Source: Candidatus Parcubacteria bacterium
GTDB taxonomy: Bacteria; Patescibacteriota; Patescibacteriia; CAIXNZ01
DNA: 59,646 nt
Direction of reading: 5' to 3'
Assembly: GCA_026395755.1 (NCBI GenBank)
Contig: JAPLYC010000075.1
Location: 1-59,646 of the forward strand
Shown here: one piece after another, positions 44,810 through 54,312 of the stretch
Position numbering within the stretch: position 1 is the first letter of the stretch
How the letters are laid out: the number at the start of each line of letters is the position of its first letter
Position numbers and translations under genes: made by a program
The notes under the pieces: generated by a model
What the model was told of the DNA's origin: nothing
Database searches by the model: none
What the model saw: the letters and a program-made list of their open reading frames with translations, nothing else

Positions 44810-45352
44810 ATGAATTTAAAGGAATATTATTTTAAAAAAGCTGTACCCGAATTGAAGAAACAGTTCGGTTACAAAAATGAAATGCAGGTGCCTAAACTGG
44901 AAAAGGTTGTTTTGAATGTGGGTTTAAGCAAGGGATTGAAGGATGCTACATTTATTGATACCGTGGAAAGCACTTTGACCAGAATTACGGGTCAAAAATC
45001 GATTAAAACCAAGGCTAAAAAATCAATTTCCAATTTTAAAATTAGACAGGGTATGATTATTGGCATGAAAGTTACTTTACGAGGTAAAAGAATGTATGAT
45101 TTTGTGGAAAAATTAATTAAAGTAACCTTACCGCGAGTTAGAGATTTCCGCGGCCTGGATCCTAAAGCGCTTGATAACAAGGGTAATTTAAATATTGGCA
45201 TTCAAGAACATATTTCATTCCCAGAAATAAGGTCTGATGAAATTGAAAAAATTCATGGGTTGGAAGTCGCGATTGTTACAACTGCGAAAAAAAGAGATGA
45301 AGCCAAGGCATTGTTATCAGCCTTAGGATTTCCTTTTAAAGAAGATAAATAA
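44810..45352 (+). CDS. rplE: 50S ribosomal protein L5
   Basis: VPKLEKVVLNVG; ITGQK; LPRVRDFRG. Confidence 0.98.
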   Translation: MNLKEYYFKKAVPELKKQFGYKNEMQVPKLEKVVLNVGLSKGLKDATFIDTVESTLTRITGQKSIKTKAKKSISNFKIRQGMIIGMKVTLRGKRMYDFVEKLIKVTLPRVRDFRGLDPKALDNKGNLNIGIQEHISFPEIRSDEIEKIHGLEVAIVTTAKKRDEAKALLSALGFPFKEDK

Positions 45353-45388
45353 ATAATTTAGTCTATAAATCTTTAATTTATTAGTTAT

Positions 45389-45574
45389 ATGGCAACAGCT
45401 GCTCAAATAGCAAAATCGAAAAGAAAACCGAAATATTCATCCAGAATTGTAAGACGATGCTGGCGCTGTGGTCGTGCTCATGGCTATATGCGAGATTTTC
45501 AGTTATGCCGCATCTGTTTCCGAGAATTGGCAGCCAAAGGCGCTATCCCTGGCGTTAGAAAGAGTAGCTGGTAA
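45389..45574 (+). CDS. rpsZ: 30S ribosomal protein S14 (Zn-binding type Z)
   Basis: RCWRCGR...[20 protein letters not shown]. Confidence 0.97.
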   Translation: MATAAQIAKSKRKPKYSSRIVRRCWRCGRAHGYMRDFQLCRICFRELAAKGAIPGVRKSSW

Positions 45575-45620
45575 TTTTAACTAAATTATTTTGTATAAAT
45601 TTTAAACATTAATTATAAAT

Positions 45621-46016
45621 ATGATCACAGATCCAATTGCCGACATGTTAACAAGAATTCGCAATGCTCAAATGGTTAAAAAGAGTGAGGTTTTGGTACC
45701 ATTTTCCAAGCTCAAGTTTGAAATTGCTAAAATTCTAAAACATGAAAATTATATTGGCGATTTTGAAAAAGCTGAAGAAGCTAAATTTCCGCAAATAAAA
45801 ATTGTCTTGAAATATGATGAAAATAATCAACCAGCCATTCAGACGATTCAACGGGTGAGCCGTCCGGGACAGCGAGTATATATCGGTAAAAATAAAATTG
45901 GAGATATTTTAAATAAGTTCGGTTTTGCAATAATCTCTACCTCAGCCGGCTTGATGACCAGCAAAGAAGCAAAAAGAAAAGGAATTGGCGGGGAAATAAT
46001 TTGTGAAATTTGGTAG
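45621..46016 (+). CDS. rpsH: 30S ribosomal protein S8
   Basis: TDPIADMLTRIRNA; SRPG.RVY; GGEIIC. Confidence 0.98.
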   Translation: MITDPIADMLTRIRNAQMVKKSEVLVPFSKLKFEIAKILKHENYIGDFEKAEEAKFPQIKIVLKYDENNQPAIQTIQRVSRPGQRVYIGKNKIGDILNKFGFAIISTSAGLMTSKEAKRKGIGGEIICEIW

Positions 46017-46049
46017 TTATAAATAAAGGATTTAAATATTCATTATCAT

Positions 46050-46598
46050 ATGTCTAGAATAGGTAAAAAACCAATAAAAATACCCAACGGAGTTGAAATT
46101 AAAATCGCTGATGATTTAATTACGATTAAAGGGCCAAAAGGTGAATTAACTTTAAAACTTCACCCTTTAGTTAAAGTTGCCAAACAAGAGGATGAAATAT
46201 TGGTAACCGTATCAAATCCCGAAGAAAAAAATGGCAAAGCTTTATGGGGGTTGTTTAATCGTTTGATTAATAATATGGTAATTGGCACGACTAAAGAGTT
46301 TCAAAAAAAATTGGAAGTAATCGGCGTTGGTTTTAAGGTAAACTTGCAGGGACAGAAATTAGTATTAAACGTGGGTTTTTCACATCCGGTAGAATATATT
46401 TTACCCAAAGGGATTGGCGGAACAGTGGAAAAAAATGTTATTACCATAACAGGGATAGATAAACAATTAGTCGGCGAGGTGGCTGCTCAGATTCGCAGAA
46501 TTAAAAAGCCGGAGCCATATAAAGGCAAAGGTATAAGATATATTGATGAAGTAGTTAAGAAAAAAGTTGGTAAAGCAGCGGCTAAAAGCAGCAGCTAA
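46050..46598 (+). CDS. rplF: 50S ribosomal protein L6
   Basis: MSRIGKKPI; GFSHPV; PEPYKGKGIRY. Confidence 0.98.
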   Translation: MSRIGKKPIKIPNGVEIKIADDLITIKGPKGELTLKLHPLVKVAKQEDEILVTVSNPEEKNGKALWGLFNRLINNMVIGTTKEFQKKLEVIGVGFKVNLQGQKLVLNVGFSHPVEYILPKGIGGTVEKNVITITGIDKQLVGEVAAQIRRIKKPEPYKGKGIRYIDEVVKKKVGKAAAKSSS

Positions 46599-46637
46599 AT
46601 TTAGAAAGTAATAATAATAACCATAATTGTAATTACT

Positions 46638-46997
46638 ATGGCAGATAAATTAAAAATTAAGATGAAGCTAAGAGCGGCAAGAAAGGCGAGAATCAGGCAG
46701 CGGATTAAGGGTGATGCTAAATGTCCTCGGTTCAATGTTTATCGTAGTTTGCAGCATATTTACGCTCAGTTGATTGATGATCAATCTGGCAAAACTTTAG
46801 TTTGCGCCAGCGATTTGGAATTAAAGGCCAAAAAAGGTAAAAAACTTGATAAAGCCAAAGAAGTCGGAAAATTAATTGCCCAAAAAGCAGTGGCTAAGAA
46901 AATAAGCCGGGTTGTTTTTGATCGCGGCGGTTTTAAATTCCACGGCAGAGTAAAGGCAGTAGCTGACGGCGCCCGCGAAGGAGGCTTAAAATTTTAA
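46638..46997 (+). CDS. rplR: 50S ribosomal protein L18
   Basis: [34 protein letters not shown]. Confidence 0.98.
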   Translation: MADKLKIKMKLRAARKARIRQRIKGDAKCPRFNVYRSLQHIYAQLIDDQSGKTLVCASDLELKAKKGKKLDKAKEVGKLIAQKAVAKKISRVVFDRGGFKFHGRVKAVADGAREGGLKF

Positions 46998-47013
46998 TTT
47001 TAAATTTTTTTAT

Positions 47014-47616
47014 ATGCCTAGAAGAGAAAAAAATCAAAGAGAAGAAAAAGAATTTGAGCAGCAAATCGTTGATTTGGCCAGGGTAACACGTGTTACTTCT
47101 GGTGGCAAAAGAATGAGATTCCGCGCTACTTTGGCAATTGGCGATAAAAAAGGTAGAATCGGCATGGGCGTAGCTAAAGGCGCTGATGTTACTATTGCTG
47201 TAAATAAAGCCTATAATCAGGCCAAAAAGAAATTAATCAGAGTGCCGATTATTAATGAAACAATTCCGCATCAAGTTTTGATTAAGTATAAAGCGGCTAA
47301 AATTTTATTAAAGCCGGCGCCTAAAGGTACTGGTATCAAAGTCGGCGGTGCCGTCCGCATTATTTGCGAATTGGCAGGTCTGGCTAATATCCGAGGCAAA
47401 ATCTTAGGTTCTAATAATAAAATTAACAATTTAAGGGCAGCTTTAATAGCGATGCAAAGCTTCAAAAAATCAGCCAAGTCAGAAAAGGAAACTGCCAATA
47501 AGGAAGAAAAACCAATAGCAGAAGTTAAAATACCTGAGGATAAAAATGTAAATATTGAGGATAAAAAAAGTTTTAAGGATAAAATTAAAAGTTTTATTAA
47601 AAAGGGTGATAAATAA
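47014..47616 (+). CDS. rpsE: 30S ribosomal protein S5 with C-terminal extension
   Basis: RVTRVTSGGKRMRF; LKPAPKGTGI; LGSNN.IN. Confidence 0.97.
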   Translation: MPRREKNQREEKEFEQQIVDLARVTRVTSGGKRMRFRATLAIGDKKGRIGMGVAKGADVTIAVNKAYNQAKKKLIRVPIINETIPHQVLIKYKAAKILLKPAPKGTGIKVGGAVRIICELAGLANIRGKILGSNNKINNLRAALIAMQSFKKSAKSEKETANKEEKPIAEVKIPEDKNVNIEDKKSFKDKIKSFIKKGDK

Positions 47617-47621
47617 ATTAT

Positions 47622-48104
47622 ATGGCTTTAAATTTATACAATTTAAAACCTGCTACTGGCGCTAAAAAAAGAAAAATCAGGGTAGGCCGTGGTCTGTCTT
47701 CGGGTCATGGTACTTATTCTGGTCGCGGCGCCAAAGGTCAGCGGGCCAGAAGTGGTGGTAAAGGCGGTCTTAAAGCATTCGGCTTAAAAGGCATAATTCA
47801 GAGTACTCCTAAATTGGGAGGTTTTAGAAGTTTAAAGCCCAAATTAGAGATTGTAAATTTATCTGATTTAGAACAAAATTTTAAAGATGGTGATATAATT
47901 ACACCGCAAGCATTAAAAGACAAAGGATTAATTGGCGATATCAGATTGGGAGTTAAAATTTTAGGCGATGGTAAATTGACTAAAAAATTAGTAGTTAAAG
48001 TTAACAAAATTTCCGAATCAGGCAAGGTCATGATTGAAAAAAATGGTGGGCAAGTCATTTTGCTTGGAGCTGAAAAATCCAAGCCCCAAAAAGACAATAA
48101 ATAA
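47622..48104 (+). CDS. rplO: 50S ribosomal protein L15
   Basis: RVGRG..SG.G.YSGRG.KGQRAR; VKILGDG. Confidence 0.97.
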   Translation: MALNLYNLKPATGAKKRKIRVGRGLSSGHGTYSGRGAKGQRARSGGKGGLKAFGLKGIIQSTPKLGGFRSLKPKLEIVNLSDLEQNFKDGDIITPQALKDKGLIGDIRLGVKILGDGKLTKKLVVKVNKISESGKVMIEKNGGQVILLGAEKSKPQKDNK

Positions 48105-48113
48105 ATTTAAATT

Positions 48114-49388
48114 ATGTTGGAAAGGTTAAACCAAATTTTTAAAATAAGAGATTTGCGCAAAAGCATCTTGTATGTTTTAGCTTTGATTGTAATTTTTCGT
48201 ATCGCAGCGCATATCCCGGTGCCGGGCATTAACCTTCAGAATTTAAAGGAGTTTTTTAATTCCAACCAGATTTTAGGTTTGATTAATGTTTTTTCCGGTG
48301 GCAGCATGAAAAATTTTTCCATTGTAGCAATGGGCGTTTCTCCTTATATTACTGCCTCCATTATTTTTCAGCTGCTGGTAATGATTATCCCTAAATTAGA
48401 ACAGATTTCCAAAGAACCAGGCGGCTATCAAAAAATAAACCAATGGACCAGATGGCTGACGGTGCCTTTGGCGGTTCTGCAGGGCTACGGCATGATTACC
48501 ATGTTGCGTTATCAGTCGTCTTTTAAAATAATAGAAAATTTATCCGTTTTTGATTTAATTGCAACATTAACGACCATAACCGCCGGCACCATTTTTCTGA
48601 TGTGGATCGGAGAATTAATATCCGAACAGCATATTGGCAATGGCATCTCACTTTTAATTTTCGCTGGTATTGTTTCTAGTTTGCCGGGAATAGTGCAAAA
48701 GACATTAGCTGTATTTGATCCGGCTCAAATTATAAATTTGGTAATATTTGCGGCCATTGCCGTTGTCACTATTGTTGGCGTGGTGGTTATTAATGAAGGA
48801 ACTCGCAATGTGCCGGTGTCTTACGCCCGTCACGTCAGAGGTAATCGCATGTATGGAGGTGTCAATACTTATTTACCATTGAAAGTTAATATGGCCGGCG
48901 TTATTCCTATTATTTTTGCTATTTCTTTGATCTTATTCCCGCCCATGATTGCTAATTTCTTTTTACATGCCAAAACCAGATTTTTAGCGCAAGCTTCAGA
49001 ATTTGTGATCGGCGTTTTCCAAAATCATCTGGTTTACGGCATATTATATTTTGTCTTTGTCTTTGCGTTCACTTATTTTTATACGGCAGTAATTTTTCAT
49101 CCCCAGCAAATTGCTGAAAATCTGCAAAAACACGGGGGATTTATTCCCGGTATACGGCCTGGTAAAAACACCGAAGATTATTTAGCCCATGTTACAAACA
49201 GGGTGATTTTTGCAGGAGCTTTGTTTTTAGGTTTAATTGCGGTTATGCCTTTGGTTATTCAGGAATTTACCGGTGGTTTAAATTTGGTAATCGGCGGTAC
49301 CAGCTTACTGATCGTGGTTAGTGTGGTCATTGAAACAGTAAAGCAGGTTGAATCGCAATTAACGGTCAGAGAGTACGAGGGTTTATAA
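48114..49388 (+). CDS. secY: Preprotein translocase SecY
   Basis: HIPVPG; MGVSPYITASII; GNGISLLIFAGI; IPGIRPG; GGTSLLIVV.V. Confidence 0.98.
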   Translation: MLERLNQIFKIRDLRKSILYVLALIVIFRIAAHIPVPGINLQNLKEFFNSNQILGLINVFSGGSMKNFSIVAMGVSPYITASIIFQLLVMIIPKLEQISKEPGGYQKINQWTRWLTVPLAVLQGYGMITMLRYQSSFKIIENLSVFDLIATLTTITAGTIFLMWIGELISEQHIGNGISLLIFAGIVSSLPGIVQKTLAVFDPAQIINLVIFAAIAVVTIVGVVVINEGTRNVPVSYARHVRGNRMYGGVNTYLPLKVNMAGVIPIIFAISLILFPPMIANFFLHAKTRFLAQASEFVIGVFQNHLVYGILYFVFVFAFTYFYTAVIFHPQQIAENLQKHGGFIPGIRPGKNTEDYLAHVTNRVIFAGALFLGLIAVMPLVIQEFTGGLNLVIGGTSLLIVVSVVIETVKQVESQLTVREYEGL

Positions 49389-49461
49389 GAGTATTTGCAA
49401 TAGTTGAATATATGTTATAATAAAAAGGGATCAACCCTTTTTATTTTTTAGCTAATTCTAG

Positions 49462-50112
49462 ATGAATTTAATTTTAATCGGACCACAGGGAAGCGGTAAA
49501 GGCACTCAAGCCGAACTGATTGGCAAAAAATTTTCTTTACCGACTCTTTCTGTCGGTCAGCTTTATCGTCAGCAAATTCGTGAGCTTACTAAAATTGGGA
49601 AAAAGGCTCAGGCCTATGTCTTGGCAGGAAAATTAGTGCCTGATAAAATAACCGAAGGTTTATTAAGGCAGGAATTGAACAAAAAGAGATATAAAAAAGG
49701 TGTTATTTTTGACGGTTTTCCCCGTAATTCAGAACAAAATAGATTTTTAGAGAAATTATTAGAGATTGATTATGTTATTTTAATCCATATCAGCCACAAA
49801 GAAATTTTAAAGAGATTGGGTGGCCGTTATGTTTGCGATTGCGGCCAGACTTATAATATAAATTCCGAAAAGTCCGAAAGGCCCAAACATAAGTTGTTTT
49901 GCGATAAATGCGGTCATAAATTAAAACAAAGACCGGATGACAATCCCAAGGCAATTAGGCAAAGATTAAAAATATACGAACAGAATACAATGCCATTATT
50001 TAAGCATTTTAAAAAACAAGGCAAATTAATTACCATTTCCGGCGAACAAAATGTGAATCAGGTTTTTAAAGCGACCTTGCTTGCTTTAAGGCACAAAGGA
50101 ACCAAAGTATGA
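49462..50112 (+). CDS. adk: Adenylate kinase
   Basis: GPQGSGKGTQA; DGFPR; Zn lid (CDC...CDKC); RPDD. Confidence 0.95.
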   Translation: MNLILIGPQGSGKGTQAELIGKKFSLPTLSVGQLYRQQIRELTKIGKKAQAYVLAGKLVPDKITEGLLRQELNKKRYKKGVIFDGFPRNSEQNRFLEKLLEIDYVILIHISHKEILKRLGGRYVCDCGQTYNINSEKSERPKHKLFCDKCGHKLKQRPDDNPKAIRQRLKIYEQNTMPLFKHFKKQGKLITISGEQNVNQVFKATLLALRHKGTKV

Positions 50113-50885
50113 TTTATTTTAAAACTCAAAAAGAAATTGAGGCCATGGAAAAAGGTGGGAAGATATTGGCACAAATTTTACTGCAAGTAGTACAGACCGT
50201 CCATCCGGGCATTGGCACTAAGGAATTGGATGATTTAGCAGAACGTTTGATTTTGCAAAGCGGCGGTCAGCCGTCTTTTAAAAATTATCGACCGTCCAGT
50301 TCTGATCATCCTTTTCCGACTACGCTTTGTACTTCGATCAATGATGAAGTTGTGCATGCGCCGGCAATTCCTAATCGCATTTTAAAAGAAGGTGATATTA
50401 TTGGTTTGGATATTGGCATGCAATATAAAGGCCTTTATACGGATATGGCTGTCACAGTCGGTGTGGGACAAATAAGTAAACAGGCTCAAAGGCTTTTAAA
50501 TGTTACTCAGGAAGCTTTAAATTTAGCGATTGAACAGGTTAAGGAAGGTAATCATTTAAGTGATATTGCAGCCGCGATTCAAACATACGCGGAGAAGAAC
50601 GGATTTGGAGTTGTCAGGGAGCTGGTGGGGCACGGTGTGGGAAAAAAAGTTCATGAAGAACCCAATGTTCCCAATTTTGTTACGGAGGAAAGCAAATTAA
50701 TCCCTATTAAAAGAGGCATGACTTTAGCCCTTGAGCCCATGGTGAATATCGGCGGTTGGCAGATAGCCTTAGCTGATGATAATATGACCTTTGTGACTGC
50801 AGATGGCAGTTTATCCGCTCAGTTTGAACATACTGTGGCAGTTGATCATAATGGGGAAGTCAGAATTATTACTGCATTTGAATAG
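50109..50885 (+). CDS. map: Methionine aminopeptidase type I
   Basis: SINDEVVH; GHGVG..VHEEP; EPMV; SAQFEHT. Confidence 0.97.
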   Translation: MIYFKTQKEIEAMEKGGKILAQILLQVVQTVHPGIGTKELDDLAERLILQSGGQPSFKNYRPSSSDHPFPTTLCTSINDEVVHAPAIPNRILKEGDIIGLDIGMQYKGLYTDMAVTVGVGQISKQAQRLLNVTQEALNLAIEQVKEGNHLSDIAAAIQTYAEKNGFGVVRELVGHGVGKKVHEEPNVPNFVTEESKLIPIKRGMTLALEPMVNIGGWQIALADDNMTFVTADGSLSAQFEHTVAVDHNGEVRIITAFE

Positions 50886-50893
50886 TTTTTACT

Positions 50894-51619
50894 ATGTGTT
50901 ATCATTTGTCAGTCAATCGCAAGCAAAAAGAATTGGAAAAAAGGTTTGGGGCAGAGTTTTCCAAACCTAATTTATTTTCACCCATTTTTTACGCTAATGG
51001 TTTTGATGCCCCGCGAATTCCGGTTATAACCAATAGCGATCCTTATAAAATCCAAATGCTAACCTGGGGTTTAATCCCGCATTGGACAGCCAATGAAGAT
51101 AAAGCCAAGGAGATTCGGTTCAAGACTTTGAATTCTCGGGCAGAGACTTTATTTAGTAAAGCATCTTTTCGCGAACCGATTAAAAATCAGCGCTGTCTCA
51201 TCCTAACCGATGGATTTTTTGACTGGCGGGAATATAATGGTAAAAAATATCCATATTATGTTTATTTGAAATCTCAAGAACCCTTTGCTTTTGCAGGTAT
51301 CTGGGATGAGTGGTTAAATCCTGATAACAAAAGAAAAATTAAGACCGCTTCCATTATTACTACTGATGCCAATGAGTTAGTTGCTAAGATTCATAATATC
51401 AAACAGCGCATGCCGGTAATTTTAAGTAAGTTTGAGGAAAGAGCTTGGCTTGGAGGTTTGGATGATCAGGAAATAAAGGAAATGCTTGATCCATATCCTG
51501 CCAAAGAAATGTTAGCGCACACAATTTCCAAACTAATCACGGCCAGAGGCATTGAGCGTAATGTGCCAGAGGTTATGGAAAAGTTTGAATATAAGAATTT
51601 AGAGCCAATTAAGATATAA
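50894..51619 (+). CDS. SOS response-associated peptidase (SRAP/YedK family)
   Basis: N-terminal MC; WGLIP.W; N.RAET; RCLI...GF..W; IH...RMPVIL. Confidence 0.92.
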   Translation: MCYHLSVNRKQKELEKRFGAEFSKPNLFSPIFYANGFDAPRIPVITNSDPYKIQMLTWGLIPHWTANEDKAKEIRFKTLNSRAETLFSKASFREPIKNQRCLILTDGFFDWREYNGKKYPYYVYLKSQEPFAFAGIWDEWLNPDNKRKIKTASIITTDANELVAKIHNIKQRMPVILSKFEERAWLGGLDDQEIKEMLDPYPAKEMLAHTISKLITARGIERNVPEVMEKFEYKNLEPIKI

Positions 51620-51623
51620 ATAT

Positions 51624-52019
51624 ATGGATAAGTTTTTAGCCATTGATTATGGCGCAAGAAAAATTGGTTTAGCCATTGGAGATACTGAGACAAAAATTGC
51701 CTCTCCTTTTAAGATACTTGAAAATACCCCGCAATTATTAGATGAGCTTAGAGCTATTTGTCAGAGTGAAAAGATAAATATACTTGTTCTTGGTGTCCCC
51801 GTCGGGTTAAAGGGTATTAAGTCAGAGCAATATGAACAAGTAATTGCTTTTAGCAATAAATTGTCCGAATCTCTTGGTCTTGAAATTGTACAGCAAGATG
51901 AAAATTTGACTAGTACTTATGCCCAGAAACTTTTGCAGGGAACAAAGGCGAAAGGGAAAGATGACGCAGTAGCGGCGATGATTGTGCTGCAGAGTTATTT
52001 GGATTCTTTAAATAATTAA
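51624..52019 (+). CDS. ruvX: YqgF/RuvX family nuclease
   Basis: LAIDYG..KIGLA; VLG.P; DE.LTS; D.VAA.IVLQSYL. Confidence 0.93.
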   Translation: MDKFLAIDYGARKIGLAIGDTETKIASPFKILENTPQLLDELRAICQSEKINILVLGVPVGLKGIKSEQYEQVIAFSNKLSESLGLEIVQQDENLTSTYAQKLLQGTKAKGKDDAVAAMIVLQSYLDSLNN

Positions 52020-52052
52020 GGCAGAAGTATGAAGTCCGAAATCCGAAGTTGA

Positions 52053-52163
52053 TGGGCAAAAACGCCTCCTCTTGTCACCCTGAACATCGTCGAACGGGTG
52101 GCGCCGTCGGTGTCTATGGTTCGACTAAGCTCACCATGACACAAGAGGAGGCGTTTTCGCCCA
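52053..52163. repeat. Long hairpin with nested REP-like insert
   Basis: Outer stem TGGGC.AAAACGCCTCCTCTTGT / ACAAGAGGAGGCGTTTT.GCCCA; inner GTCACCCTGAAC..GTCGAA / TTCGAC..GCTCACCATGAC. Confidence 0.7.
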
Positions 52164-52173
52164 AGTAAATTTT

Positions 52174-52956
52174 ATGTCCAGAACTTACACTACAACCGGA
52201 ATTATTTTAAAGCGTCGAGACTATCAGGAAAATGATTGTCTTTTTTGTATATACACTAAGGATTTCGGGAAAATAGAGGTGGTGGCCAGGGGGACAAAAA
52301 AAATCTCCAGCAAACTTAAAGGTTATTTAGAACCATTTTATCTGGTTAAGTTGATGATTGCCAAAGGTAAATTTATTGATAAGCTGGCTAATTGCAACAC
52401 TATAAAAAGCTATGAAAATTTACGCGCTGACCCGTCACTTTTGGGTTTTGCCTTGATTAATTATTTGGCTGAAGGGACTGACGGCTTAATTTCAGGTCAT
52501 ACTTCGCAGAGTGATAAATTTAATTTACTTATTGAGACCCTGAATATCCTGGAACAGGAAATCGCCAAGGATTTACAGGAGAAAAAAGAACGTTTACTAT
52601 TTATATCCAGCATTTATTTTTTAAAGCTATTAGGGCTTTTGGGTTATCAGCCGGAAATTCATCGTTGTGTCTTGTGTCATAAGGGCATTTTATTAACAAA
52701 AAATATTTTTGATTTTTCCAAGGGCGGATTAGTTTGCGAAGACTGTAAAAGGGTTTGCCTAATTGAAGATTATATCCGCGTTTCTGACGGAGTGATCAAG
52801 GTTTTGCAATTGGCCAAAGAAAAATCACTGGATTATTTTGTTACTTTGCCAGTTGAAATCAATGATTTAAAAGCTTTAAATAAGGTGGTGGAAAAATTGA
52901 TTTTAGTAAATGTGGAAAGGCCCTTAAAGACGTTGGAATTCTTTAGGTCAATTTAG
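52174..52956 (+). CDS. recO: DNA repair protein RecO
   Basis: GIILKR.DY.END....YTKDFGKI...ARG..K..SKL.G.LEPF; LGYQP...CxxC...GG..CxxC. Confidence 0.93.
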   Translation: MSRTYTTTGIILKRRDYQENDCLFCIYTKDFGKIEVVARGTKKISSKLKGYLEPFYLVKLMIAKGKFIDKLANCNTIKSYENLRADPSLLGFALINYLAEGTDGLISGHTSQSDKFNLLIETLNILEQEIAKDLQEKKERLLFISSIYFLKLLGLLGYQPEIHRCVLCHKGILLTKNIFDFSKGGLVCEDCKRVCLIEDYIRVSDGVIKVLQLAKEKSLDYFVTLPVEINDLKALNKVVEKLILVNVERPLKTLEFFRSI

Positions 52957-52981
52957 CTGTTATTTTAGCAAAAATTCAGTC

Positions 52982-53010
52982 TTGACAGGCTGATTTTTTT
53001 TTGTTAAGGT
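52982..53010 (+). promoter_or_regulatory. pyrB promoter
   Basis: TTGACA-17-TAAGGT with extended TG. Confidence 0.65.
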
Positions 53011-53070
53011 TGGAACAGGAAATTTCGGTCTTTAACATTCTTATTTTTTTAACCAAAGGAGGGTTTGATC

Positions 53071-54096
53071 ATGGTGAAATATTGGGGTAAAGATAATGTT
53101 GTTTGGCAAGACAAGATGGTTGAAATTGATTTTCCTCATGTCATCCATGCGCAGCAATTCTCCCTGGATGATTTAGAAAAACTTTTTATGCTGACTGCGA
53201 TTTTAAAGCAGCAAATCGGTAAGGGCAAGAAAAAAGACTGGCTGAACGGCAATATTGTTTTAAACCTTATTTATGAGCCGTCTACCAGGACAATGACTTC
53301 TTTTTCCGTGGCAGGTTTAAGACTGGGCGCCGACGTCATTACGCCCGCTGATCCTGCGAAGCTCTCTTCGGTGATTAAAGGTGAAACACTGGAAGACAGT
53401 ATCAGAATTTATGCTGACAAAGTTGATGTGATTATTTTGCGGCATAAAGATGATGATTCGGCGCTGCGCGCGTCAAGATCAAGATTCTGTCAGGGCGTAC
53501 CCATTATCAATGCCGGGGCAGGCAAGGGGCAACATCCGACTCAGTCCTTGCTTGATTATTTTACCATCAGAGAGCGTTTCGGTAGAATTGAAGGGTTGAT
53601 CGTGGCAATTTGCGGTGATTTGAAACATGGCAGAACTTCCCGCTCGCTGGCTTATTTGCTCTCTAAGTATAAAGGCGTCGAGATTTACTTTGTGGCGCCA
53701 CAGGTCGCGCAAATGAGTCCCGATGTCCTTGACTACTTGACTAGTCATAATGTCAAATGGCATCAAAGCGAAACGCTCAAGGAAGTCATCTCTTTCGTTG
53801 ATGTTTGCTACATGACCAGATTTCAAACCGAAAGGGAAGATCCTGAGGAAAAAGAAATTATGGCTCATGCTAGCATGGTCAACGTGATCGACGAACAACT
53901 GGCTGAATCCATGAAAGATGATGCCATTATCATGCACCCGCTGCCCAGAATTCACGAGATCAAATGGGGCGTAGATAAGAACAAGCGTTCTGTTTATTTC
54001 TTGCAGGCGCTCAATGGCGATTATATCCGTATGGCACTTTTACTTTGCATTTTGAATCCGGATAAGGTGGAAAAACTTTTGGCGTCTGCAGCGTAA
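53071..54096 (+). CDS. pyrB: Aspartate carbamoyltransferase catalytic subunit
   Basis: EPSTRT..SF; KGETLEDS; HPTQSLLD; GDLKHGRT; R.Q.ER; MHPLPR. Confidence 0.96.
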   Translation: MVKYWGKDNVVWQDKMVEIDFPHVIHAQQFSLDDLEKLFMLTAILKQQIGKGKKKDWLNGNIVLNLIYEPSTRTMTSFSVAGLRLGADVITPADPAKLSSVIKGETLEDSIRIYADKVDVIILRHKDDDSALRASRSRFCQGVPIINAGAGKGQHPTQSLLDYFTIRERFGRIEGLIVAICGDLKHGRTSRSLAYLLSKYKGVEIYFVAPQVAQMSPDVLDYLTSHNVKWHQSETLKEVISFVDVCYMTRFQTEREDPEEKEIMAHASMVNVIDEQLAESMKDDAIIMHPLPRIHEIKWGVDKNKRSVYFLQALNGDYIRMALLLCILNPDKVEKLLASAA

Positions 54097-54186
54097 CAAC
54101 AAAAAGGAGGGTGCCTTGCGCCCTCCTTACTTTTTCTCAACCCTCCTTCGCTCCGTTGGAGCTTCGGAGGGCAAAGGGGAGGAATC

Positions 54187-54309
54187 ATGGTGAATGAAAA
54201 GAATTTACCGGAAGATAAAAAGGGCAAACGCAAGAAAAAAAAGCAGGATAACCGTAAAAAAGTGCGGCGCAACAGCTGGAAGACCAGATGCGCTAGCAGA
54301 CGGAGGTAA
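54187..54309 (+). CDS. Small basic peptide (40 aa; not in ORF track)
   Basis: GGGGAGG RBS; MVNEKNLPEDKKGKRKKKKQDNRKKVRRNSWKTRCASRRR; stop abuts the pyrC RBS. Confidence 0.4.
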   Translation: MVNEKNLPEDKKGKRKKKKQDNRKKVRRNSWKTRCASRRR

Positions 54310-54312
54310 AAC

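Noticed and set aside
28403..49388. Alternative genetic code (UGA=Gly, as in Gracilibacteria/Absconditabacteria)
   Set aside because: Conserved genes are full length under the standard code, with no in-frame TGA.
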